Source of the DNA: Chiloscyllium plagiosum
Taxonomy: Eukaryota
Direction: 5' to 3'
DNA: 64,000 nt
Assembly: GCF_004010195.1 (NCBI RefSeq)
Contig: NC_057711.1
Location: forward strand, 81,138,714 to 81,202,713
Below the pieces are notes generated by a model. That model had not been told where the DNA came from. It did no database searches and worked only from the letters and a program-made list of their open reading frames with translations. A program made the translations under genes and the position numbers. The first letter of the stretch is position 1. Each line of letters begins with the position of its first letter. Below are positions 1 through 10,479 of the stretch, in pieces.

Positions 1-340
1 CACAACCAGCTTCCTATGTGCTAGACATGACTCAAACCAGTAAAGAGTATTCTCCTTGATTCCATTGACTATGGTCCTATATCACTTCTTCTTTCTCCTT
101 CTTTAACACATCCTTAAAACTCACTCCTCTCACCACGTTCATGTTCATGTATCATCAACATGGCTTTATTTTAAAGATTATTAGAAAATAATCCTTTGAT
201 TTATTGTTGTTACATGTACAGTACCAAGATACAGTGATACATTTTACTGCATTAAAGACGTGATATAAATACAAGTTGCTGTTGTTGCCAGAGTGATAGG
301 TTACAAGACTGGTGTGAAATACAATCCAGTAGCAGGTCTG

Positions 341-1190
341 TATGTGGCACAGAGTTTAGCACTGCTGCCTCGCAGTGCCAGGGGATGTGGGTTTAATTCT
401 AGCCTTGGGTGACTATCTGCATTGGTTTTCACAGTGTGCTCTGGTTTCCTTACACAGTTTTCTTTTAGATTCTCTACAGTGTGGAAACTGGCCCTTCGGC
501 CCAACAAGTCCACACCTCCCCTCCCTGAAGAGAAATCCACCCAAACCCATTCCCGACCCTATATTTACCCCTGACTAACACTGTGAGCAATTTAGCATGG
601 CCAAATCACCTGACCTGCACATCTTTGTGACTGTGGGAGGAAACCAGAGCACCCGGAGGAAACCCATGCAGACACGGAGAGAATGTGCAAACTCTACACA
701 GACAGGCGGGAATCAAACCCAGGACTCTGCTGCTGTGAGGCAGCAGTGCGAACCACTGAGCCTCCGAAGAGTAACCTACCCAGACCAATTTCCCTCTAAC
801 TAATGCACCTAGCATGGTCGATTCACCTGACCTGCCCATCTTTGGATTGTGGGAGGAAACTGGAGCACCTGGAGGAAACCCACACAGACACAGGGAGAAC
901 GTGCAAGCTCCACAAAGACAGTCTCCCAAGGCTGGAATCGAACCTGGGACCCTGGTGCTGTAAGGCAGCAGTGCTAACCACTGAGCCACCGTGTTGCTCA
1001 GTTAGACAGATTGGTCATGTTAACTTGTTCCGTAGTGTCTAGCGATATGCAGGCTAAGTCGATTAGCCATGGTAAATGTGGGGCTATGGGGATAGTTTGG
1101 GGAGGAGGGTCTGGGAGGGATGATCTTCGGAGGGTCAGTGCAGACTCATTGGGTCAAATGAGCTCCTTCTGCACAGGAGATATTCAATGA
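341..1190 (+). mobile_element. Old HE1-like tRNA SINE split by two younger antisense SINE copies
   Basis: 5' part (tagcactgctgcctc...) at 341-460; 3' part (ttggtcatgttaacttg...gggtcagtgcagactc) resumes at ~997-1190. Confidence 0.75.
465..993 (-). mobile_element. Two tandem HE1-like SINE copies (465-762, 763-993)
   Basis: Minus strand has A box tggctcagtggtt and B box ggttcgattcc, the core gtgggtttcctccgggtgctc and a CR1-type tail gggccgaagggcc. Confidence 0.9.
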
Positions 1191-1997
1191 TACTCACATA
1201 AAGGTGAAAGAGATTCACAACTTATACTAACTAGAATGGAGCAGACTTTGTTGGCAAGAGGAACCTTAAATGAAATGTCACAAAATGATTTTTATATCTC
1301 CATTGATATAATGTCAACATTGTGTAGGCAAATGATAATGTTGATACAAATGGTTTTATCATATTGACAAAGGGTTCAAGTATTTGGGATCAAAAGTTAT
1401 CAGTAAGCAAGTAATGAATTCTGGTAAAACAGTTCAGATTTCAAGTCTTTTCAGAGCAGGTACGAAGCAAACCACATAAAATGTTGAAAATATTAATAAT
1501 ATATATAAATTTCACTACCACAGCCAGAAAAATAAATTTTATTTGGCAGCTTTATCATTTTAAATGCCAAATATTAATTACAACTCAGAATGTGTCATGT
1601 TGGTTTTCTCAACTGCACCTTTTTTTTGAAGAAGCACTTTAGAGAAATGGCAGTAAAAGGAGTCCCCACACATTTAATTTATAACTACTCCTCCACGTTT
1701 GAAGAAATTGGTGAAGCACAGTTGTAAACCAACTCAGAACATGAACCAAGTTAATAGTGGGAATAATGAGACTTTTGCCGATCATTGAACCTCCAAGAAG
1801 TTGGGACAGAAGTTCATCTTGACTGGTAACACAAAAGAGAATGTATGTTTGCCAGTTATATTTCCCACCACATACATAGTTCTATTTACTAAAGTAAAAC
1901 TAAATATCAAGAGTCGGTCAACCCAATAATGCTTGGTTAGTGACGACCATCAAAGATGAATTTCTATTTTGCTGTTTCTCCAAGGTGATGTCTCCAC

Positions 1998-2332
1998 CAG
2001 CACAGTGACTCAGTGGTTAATACTGCTGCCTCACAGTGCCAGAAGCCTGGGTTCAATTCCAGACTTGGGTGACTGATGGTGTGGAGTTTCACATTCTCCC
2101 TGTGTTTGTGTGGGTTTCCTCCGGGTGCTCCGGTTTCCTCCCACAGTCCAAAGATGTGCAGACTAGGTGAATTGGCCAAGCTAACTTGTCCATAGTGTTC
2201 AGGGACATGCAGATGAGGTACATTACTCAGGGGTAAATGTAGAGGAATGGGTCTGGGTGGGTTACCATTCAGAAGGTAGGTGTGGACTTGTTGGACCAAA
2301 TATCCTGTTTCCACACAGTAGGGATTCTGTTA
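1998..2332 (+). mobile_element. HE1-like tRNA SINE
   Basis: A box, B box (gggttcaattcc), core and 3' tail all present. Confidence 0.9.
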
Positions 2333-2379
2333 TTTTTACATTGTGACCCATGTAATCCAATGGTAAGAGAGTTGTTGAA

Positions 2380-3790
2380 GCAGGGTAGACTGGTGTTACG
2401 CACATGGAATCAAAATCATAGCAGACTCTTCAGGAATTGGATGAGGGCAAAGCGGTTGATGTGGTGTATATAGATTTCAGTAAGGCATTTGATAAGGTTC
2501 CCGATGATAGGCTATTACATAAAATACAGAGACATGGGATTGAGAGTGATTTAGTGGTTTGGATCAGAAATTGGCTAGCTGAAAGAAGACAGAGGGTGGT
2601 GGTTGATAGGAAATGTTCATCCTGAAGTTCAGTTATGAGTGCCTCTATTCCTGATGAAGGGTTTTTGCCTGAAATGTCGATTTTTCTGCTCCTTGGATGC
2701 TGCCTGACTTGCTGTGCTTTTCCAGCACTATTCTATGAAGGGTTTTTGCCTGAAATGTCGATTTTTCTGCTCCTCGGATGCTGCCTGACTTGCTGTGCTT
2801 TTCCAGCACTACTCTAATCTACTGCAAGGATATGTTTCGGGTCCACTGTTGTTTGTCATTTTTATAAATGACCTGGATGAGGACATAGAAGGATGGGTTA
2901 GTAAATGTGCGGATGTCACTAAGCTCAGTAGAGTTGTGGATAATGATGAAGGATGTTTAGGTTACAGAGAGACATAGATAAGCTGCAGAGCTGGCAAATG
3001 GAGTTTAATATGGACAAATGTGAGGTGATTCATTTTGGAAGAAGTAAAAGGAATGCAGAGTACTGGGTTAATAGTAAGATTCTTGGTAGTGTAGATGAGC
3101 AGAGAGAAATCGGTGTCCAGGTACATAGATCCTTTAAAGTTGCCACTCAGTTTGATAGGGTTGTTAAGAAGGCATATGGTGTGTTAGCTTTTATTGGAAG
3201 AGGGATTGAGTTTCGGAACTATGAGATCATGCTGCAGCTGTACTAAACTCTGCTGCAGCCACATTTGGAATATTGCGTACAGTTCTCGTCCCCACATTAG
3301 AGGAAGGATGTGGAAGTTTTGGAAATGGTTCAGAGCAGATCTATTAGGATGTTGCTTGGTATGGAGAGAAGGTCTTATGAGGTAAGGCTGAGGGACTTGA
3401 GGCTGTTTTCATTAGACAGAAGAAGGTTGAGAGGTGACTTAATTGAAACATAAAAGATAATCAGAGGGTTAAATAGGGTGGACCGTGAGAGCCTTTTTTC
3501 TTGCATGGTGATGGCTGGCATGAGGGGACATAGCTTTAAATTGAGGGGTGATAGATATAGAACAGATGCCAGAGGTAGTTCCTTTACTGAAAGAGTAGTA
3601 GGGGCATGGAATGCATTGCCTGCAACAGTAGTAGACTCATCAAGTTTAAGGGCATTCAAATAGTCATTGGATAGGCATATGGCCCAGAATGGAATTGTAT
3701 AGGTTAGATGGGCTTCAGGTTTATTCCACAGGTGGGCGCAACATTGAGGGCCGAAGGGCCTGTACTACGCTGAAATGTTCTATGTTTCTG
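2380..3790 (+). mobile_element. 5'-truncated CR1 LINE (RT to 3' UTR), frameshifted
   Basis: VDVVYIDFSKAFDKVP, GPLLFVIFINDLD, WQMEFNMDKCEVIHFG, FTERVVGAWNALP; ends in a ttctatgtttct tail. Confidence 0.95.
2636..2820 (+). mobile_element. Penelope-like terminal-repeat fragment with a hammerhead-like motif, tandemly duplicated (81-bp period), inserted in CR1
   Basis: ctgatga-agg-gtttttg-cct-gaaa-tgtc at 2651; unit repeated from 2654 and 2735. Confidence 0.75.
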
Positions 3791-5387
3791 TGAATTGCCC
3801 AAGGAATTTAAACTTTTGATTGGCAATTGCTCTGCATCTGGAACCCTAGGAAAAAGCCCTTTAAAGTTGGAAACATCAGAGGATTCTGACTCAATTAAGC
3901 GTAATAATATCACCCTAATCCCCAAACTATCTGAAGGACTCATTCACTTACCTAGCATCCTGACATCCTATCTGTCTGGCATCCAACCCATCTGAGTTTC
4001 CTGGCCTCCCACACCCCACAATGCCTTCTGGTACCCTACTGACCTCACCAAACTGCCATGTTACCCTCACTCCCACACCCATTTGCAGAGCCTAAATTTT
4101 GCCCACCAAGCACCCTTACCACTCAACTGGATGCCACCCTATCTCACATTACCTCACAAACTCACCCTTTCACATGAACTCTCAAAGTGACATTTCAATC
4201 TCCCAACACAGCACAGTGACTGCTGCAAAAAGTAGGGGTTTCTGTGAAGATACTTTTCACTGATGATTGTAGGAATTCCTGAACAACTTCATAAAAGGAG
4301 TTCCCTATCCCTAAATCTCCAGGGCTGAAGACCTAAAAGTAACTTCTTAATTTTCAATACAGTGTCAGAAAAAAAAAAGGTCTATAATGCTGATCAGAAT
4401 ATCTGAGCATATGTCTAACTTTGTGTTAAAAAATTATGGCAGAATACACCTCATTATGACATGCAGCATAATGCTTGAGACTTAGGAGCCAGTACCGTGA
4501 AGAGGGCAAGCTGCACTCCGATGATAAGCAGCCAGTAGTTTATGCCTCTTAATGCTTTGAGATTTGACAGATTGACTAAAATGCAACAAATTAATAGCTG
4601 CATTATTTATGGCTATGTTTTTTTTTCATTACACTGTTATAAACAGTAGTAACCCTGGAATACGCACAGGGTTTGTTTTGATTTAACTGGAACGTGAATA
4701 ATTAACAACATTGTAATAAATCTAAACATTAAACTAGACACCTTGCATCCAAATGCTGTTTGCATTATAATCAAAATTAATGCAAATTACATGATAAATA
4801 TTTGAAGGGATTTGAAATGTTCTAATTGTTAGTCATAGTTTTTAAAAATTACTCACTAATGTTACGATTTAACTTATGAAGACTTACCATGAAAACTGTG
4901 ATTTATTCCAGGGACAATATTACTTTTCATTCCAGTAAAGTACATTTCAGAAAATCTTTTCTTTGGCAGGAAACATACCTGCTTGTTTTTGTGCACCCTT
5001 AATCCTACCTTAAAAATGTGGTGCTTAGTGTGTGATTTTACCATCATAAAAATATTTTGAAGTCTATATTACACATTATTATGTGCTAGAATTTATCTTC
5101 GCCCAATAATTCAGTGTGAACAGTAACACAATTAGTGGATCTTAGCAAGATAAGAAGCTATCTAAGTTAGATTTCACAAATTTCTGTTTTATTGTTGATT
5201 TTCATAAATTGAAAGTATCCGAATATTAGAAAATCAAATTAAGAGATCTGTTGTGTTATTCCATAAACCCCCAAAAACCAATGAACCTTTTATACTGTTA
5301 GAAGATATCAAGAGATGTGATATTTCAGCAGAGAGGTCTGCATCTCGCCATCAATATTCTCAATATCCTGGAGTCAGCATATTGTAT

Positions 5388-5518
5388 CATTCCTGATGAA
5401 AGCTTTATGCCCGAAATGTCGATTCTCCTCCTCTTCAGTTGCTGTCTGAGCTGCCGTGCTTTTCCAGCACCCCACATTTAGATTTGATCTGATGCATCTG
5501 TGGTCCTCACTTTCTCCC
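5388..5518 (+). mobile_element. Penelope-like terminal-repeat fragment with degenerate hammerhead motif
   Basis: ctgatgaaagctttatgcccgaaatgtcga; same family as 2636-2820. Confidence 0.7.
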
Positions 5519-7569
5519 ATATTGTAGTATCAGTCACTCAGTCATGTAAAGTAGTGATTAAAACAGCATAAAACCTAAATATGTGTAAGTGTGAGACTTT
5601 ATAATAGTGTTAATAGACAATGTTGTTAAAAATATCAAGATATTGTCTCAATAAAACCCATCTCCGTGGTATATGTTATATAGACTAACACACAAGGCAG
5701 AGTGAATATGTTTGCACCATGTTATCTTGAAGAACATAGCTTGCATATATCATAAAATGCTGGATGCTATTATATTGGATGAGATACCTTTTGAGTGTTT
5801 TACTAACTTGTTGATGGCAGCAATGATTGTTGCAGAATCAAATACCTCTAGATGCTGCTGGCCTGCTACATTGCTCCAAGCATACATCCTTCTTCCAGTA
5901 GCACATCAATGGTGTATACTTTGGGTTTGGATGGATGTGCTTTTCAGAAGGATTTAATGGGTGTCGTGGTAATAACAAGTTCCATATGTCTTTTAGCTAA
6001 GTTAGCTTTGTTGAAATCATGTTCTGTACCTCTGTGCTCACATACAAAACTGTAAAACATACTTTTTTACTGTAAGATCTGTAATAATGAATAACAAATG
6101 CCATTTTAGATTGTTTAATTGAATAGTTACTCCAAGTCCACCCTGAAAGTAGTGACTGCATATGGGATATAACTCCATGAATAACATTGCCCTGGTTATT
6201 ACTTCATGAATTTTCAAAGTAGCATCAAGCTAATTGACTATTACAGCATCACAGCGCAGCCCAGTGCTGTCCTCATCTGACATTAACATGTAAGTGTCAG
6301 CAGGTCAGTGATCTGAATTGAAGATGCACTCTAATTCTTCCTGTCTAACCCAAATGCTCCAAGATCAAAAATATATAGTTTTACTTTATTCATTCAGGGA
6401 TGTAGGATTCACTGGCTGGCCCAGCATTTATTGCCCATCCCTAGTTACTCTTGAGAAGTTGGTGCTGAGATTACTTTTGAACCACTGCTGTCCATGTGCT
6501 GAATGTGGACCCACAATGATGTTAGTGAAGGAGCTCCAGAATTTTGACCCAGCAATACTGAAGGAACAGCAATATACTTCTAAGTCAGGATGGTAAGTGG
6601 ATTGGAAGGGAAAGTGTAGTGGTAATGTTCCCATGACCTGCTATTCTTGTCCTAACTGCAAGTGGCCATGGGTTTGGAAGCTGTTATCTAAGGAGGGTCA
6701 GTGCATCTTGTAGATAGTACACACTGCTGTTACCATCATTGGTAGTGGAGGGAGTGGATGTTTGTGAGTGTGGTGCTAATCAAGTGGGATGCTTTTCTCC
6801 CTGATTTGCATTAACTGTAGCTTTTCTAGGGCATAGTCCCTCTCACCTACCTCCTAGAATTCAACATTTCATCCACATTGGAAGCACGGCTATAATGAAG
6901 TCAGGAGTTGAGTGGCAATGGTGAAACTCAATTTGGGTGTCACTGACCAAGTTACTGCTGAGCTACTGCTGCTTGCGAGCACTGTTGATGAGCCCTTTCA
7001 TCATTTTATTACTGATTGAGAGAAGATGGGGTGATAATTAACCTTGTTAGGTTTCTCCTGCTTTTGGTTTATAGCACATGCCTGTGCAATTATTTTACAT
7101 TGTTGGGTAGATAACGGTGTTGTACCTGCACTGGAGCAGCTTGTCTGAATTCACATCAAATTCTGCAGCACATGTCCTCAGTACTTTCCTGGAATGTTGG
7201 CGGGACCCGTAGACTTTATGGTATCTTATGCCTTCAGCCATTTCTTGATATCATGTGGAGTAAATCGAACTATTAGAAGACTGGCAGCTGTGATGATGAG
7301 CAGCAATGGAACAGGCCAAGATGGATCTCCCATTTGACACCACAAGCTGAAGATTGCTGTGAATGTTGCTACCTTATCTCTTGCACTGAAGTGCTGGGCT
7401 CTCCCATCATGAAGAGTGAGTTTATTTGTGGAGACTCCTCCTCAAATAAATGAATTTTTTAATTGACCATCACCATTCATGACTGGATGTGGCAGGACCT
7501 CAGAGCTTAGATCTGATCTGTTAGCTGTGGTATCACTTAACTCCATCTATCTCTTGCTGCTTATGGTCT

Positions 7570-8415
7570 ATCAGGTGGCCAATGGACTGAGGAGTGGCAG
7601 ATGGATTTTAATCTAGATAAATGTGAGAGGTTGTATTTTGGTAGAGCAAATCAGGACAGGACTTGTACACTTAATTTTAAAGTCCTGGGGAGTGTTGCCA
7701 AACAAAGAGATCTTGGTGTTTGGCTTCATAGTTCCTTGAAAGTGGACTTACAGGTAGACAGGATAGTGAAGAAAGTGTTTGGTATGCTTGACTTTATTGG
7801 TCAGTACATTGAGAATAGGAGTTGAGAGGTTATGTTGCCTGTACTGGACATTGGACAGGCTACTTTTGCTACTGTGTGCAATTCTGGCCTCCCTGCTATT
7901 GGAAAGATGGTGTGAAATTTGAAATGATTCAGAAAAGATTTACTAGGATGTTGCCAGGGTTGGAGGGTTTAAGCTATGGGAAAAGGCTAAATAGGCTGAA
8001 GCTATTTTCTCTGGAACATCGGAGGCTGAGGGATGATGTGATAGAAGTTTATAAAATCATGAGGGGCATGGATAGTTTGAATAGTCATGGTCTTTTCCCA
8101 AGGATAGGGGAGTCCAAAACTAGAAAGCATAGGTTTAAGGCAAGAGGTAAAAGATTTAAAAGAAACCTAAGGGGCAACTTTTCACACAGAGGTTGGTGCG
8201 TGTATGGAATGAGTTGCCAGAGGAAGTGGTGGAGGCTTGTACAATTGAAACATGTAAAAGGCACATGGATGGATATATGAATAGGAAGGGTTTAGAAGGA
8301 TATAAGCCAAATGCTGGCAAATGGGCCAAGATTTATTTAGGATATCTGGTCAGCATGGACGAGTTGAAACAAACAGGTCAGTTTTTGTTCTGTACAACTC
8401 TGTGACTCTACGACT
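7570..8415 (+). mobile_element. CR1 LINE 3' fragment nested in family B LINE
   Basis: [40 protein letters not shown]; ctctgtgactct tail. Confidence 0.93.
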
Positions 8416-8687
8416 GTAGTCCTGTTTAGTAGCTTCACCAGGTTGGCACCTGATTTTTCAGTATGCCCGGTGCTACTCCTAGCACACCTTCCTGCACTCT
8501 CCATTGAAAAAATGTTGATCCCCTTGCTTGATGGCAATGTTCGAGTTAGGAATATGCCAGGCCATGAGGTTATAGATTGTGTTGGAGTACAATTCTCCTG
8601 CTCCTGATGGCCCACAGCGCCTCATAGATGTCCAGTGTTGAATTGTTAGACCTGTTCCAAGTGCCACACAGCATGAAAGAGGGTATT

Positions 8688-9416
8688 TGTAGAGATTAGA
8701 ACCAGGTAGGCCTTGTTAATTATGAGGTTCTTGATTGGGGTTGTTAACCTGGGCCAATCAGGAAATCCTTGGTTGGTCAATATAACCAGGAGAATTACGC
8801 AGCATTGCCCCCTGATGTGAAGGGCACTGCTTGTCACTGGCCACTCGGTTGTTTCCTATCTCCCTGGTGGTGAAAATTGAATAAAGATTCGTGCACCTTG
8901 TGTCTCTCACTGTGTCTCACACCTGCACACACACGCACCATGGTGCTGGGGGAAAAAATAAGCACTATCGCAGTTAGGCGGTAGTGTGGGGGGTTAAAAA
9001 TATATATATATAAACAGGAGATAAAAAAGCAAACCAAAAAGCAAAAAAAAAAATAACCAGGAGAATCACGCAGCATTGCCCCCTGATGTGAAGGGCACTG
9101 CTTGTCACTGGCCACTCGGTTGTTTCCTATCTTCCTGGTGGTGAAAATTTGAATAAAGATTCATGCACTTTGTGTCTTTCACTGTGTCTCACACCCGCAC
9201 GCACACAACATGGGTGCTGGGGAAAAAGATAAGCACTACCGCAGTTAGGCGGTCGTGTGGGGGTTTTAAAAAAAAGATTTAAAAAAAATAAACATGTGTG
9301 TCAAAGGTTCAAGCTGAGAGCTGACTCTGAGGAAGCTGGATCAGTGTCAAGGACTTTCCATATGTCAATAAAGGGTGACTTGGTGATGGGATACTGGCTT
9401 CTGTGGAATTATTTCA
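8688..9416 (+). mobile_element. LTR-like sequence A (TG...CA) with two short elements inserted at its TATA box
   Basis: TG at 8688, CCAAT at ~8754, aatataa at 8779, AATAAA at 9367, ends gtggaattatttca; a second diverged 3' half lies at 10090-10204. Confidence 0.65.
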
Positions 9417-10070
9417 GTGACAAATGAAAAAAGCACACTAAAAAAAATATAACCAGGAGAATTGTGCAGCTTTGCCCCCTGATGTGGAGGGCACTGCTTG
9501 TCACTGGCCACTTGGGTGTTTTCTTTTCTTCCTGGTGGTGGAAATTGAATAAAGATTCATGCACTTTGTGTCTTTCACTGTATCTTACACCAGCACACAC
9601 ACACACAACATGGGTGCGGGGGAATAAATAAGCACTACTGCAGTTAGGCGGTAGTGTGGGGAAATGAAAAAATGAAACAGGAGTGTCAGAGGAAAATGAA
9701 ATAAACAAGAGTGTCAGAAGTTCTAAGAAAAAAATTAAAACAAAGAAAAAAATATAATGAAGAGAAGCCTCAGTTAGATAGTGTGGAGAAAAAAAAAGGA
9801 AAAAAAGAAAAAAAAACAGGAGAGTAGGTGAAAAAAAAAAAGTGTGTCACAGTTCTGTTCACTGTAAAAGAGAAAAAATATATAACCGGGAGAGAAGGGC
9901 ACTGCTTGTCACTGGCCACTCGGGCGTTTCCTTTCTTCCTGGTGGTGGAATATGAATAAAGATTCGTACACCATGGGTTTTTCACTGTATCTCACACCTG
10001 CACACACAGAATATGGCTGCGGGGGAAAAATAAGCATTACCGCAGTTAGGCGGTAGTGTGGGGGTAATAA
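8780..10070 (+). repeat. Four copies of an unrecognised ~200-bp A-tailed element (8780-8998, 9053-9275, 9447-9665, 9880-10070)
   Basis: Shared agggcactgcttgtcactggccact...gaataaagattc...gcagttaggcggtagtgtgggg followed by an A-rich tail. Confidence 0.9.
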
Positions 10071-10479
10071 AAACAAAGAAAAAAAAATAAAAACAGGGGT
10101 GTCAGACAGCTTGATACTCTGAGAGCTGGCTGTGAAGGAGCTGGATCAATGTTAAATAAAAGATGATGTAATGACAAGAGACCAGCCTATGTGGAATTAT
10201 TTCACAAGGCTCCTGTCAGGGAAACAAAAACCATAAATTTCATAAATAGAAGAGAGTTAGTGATCAATCTAATGGAGAATTTAGGAGAAACCACTTCACA
10301 CAGAGAATGGTTGTAATGTAGAAGGAGGAGGAGGAGGAAAATAGCATAGATTTCGAATGTTGAGAAGTGGGAAATATATCTAGGTAGCTAATGTTCCTCA
10401 GCAGTACATGTTTCAGTAAATCTGACTGACTCTCAGTATAACTCAGCAGGGTGGCCATTATGGGTACCACAAGTATTAC

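Noticed and set aside
8839..8900. HDV-like ribozyme in the short element
   Set aside because: A P1-like pairing (gccac/gtggt) exists, but I could not build P2/P3 or the J4/2 catalytic C
8780..10070. CRISPR-like repeat-spacer array
   Set aside because: Units are ~200 bp with A-tails, the spacers are low-complexity target fragments, there are no cas genes and the context is eukaryotic
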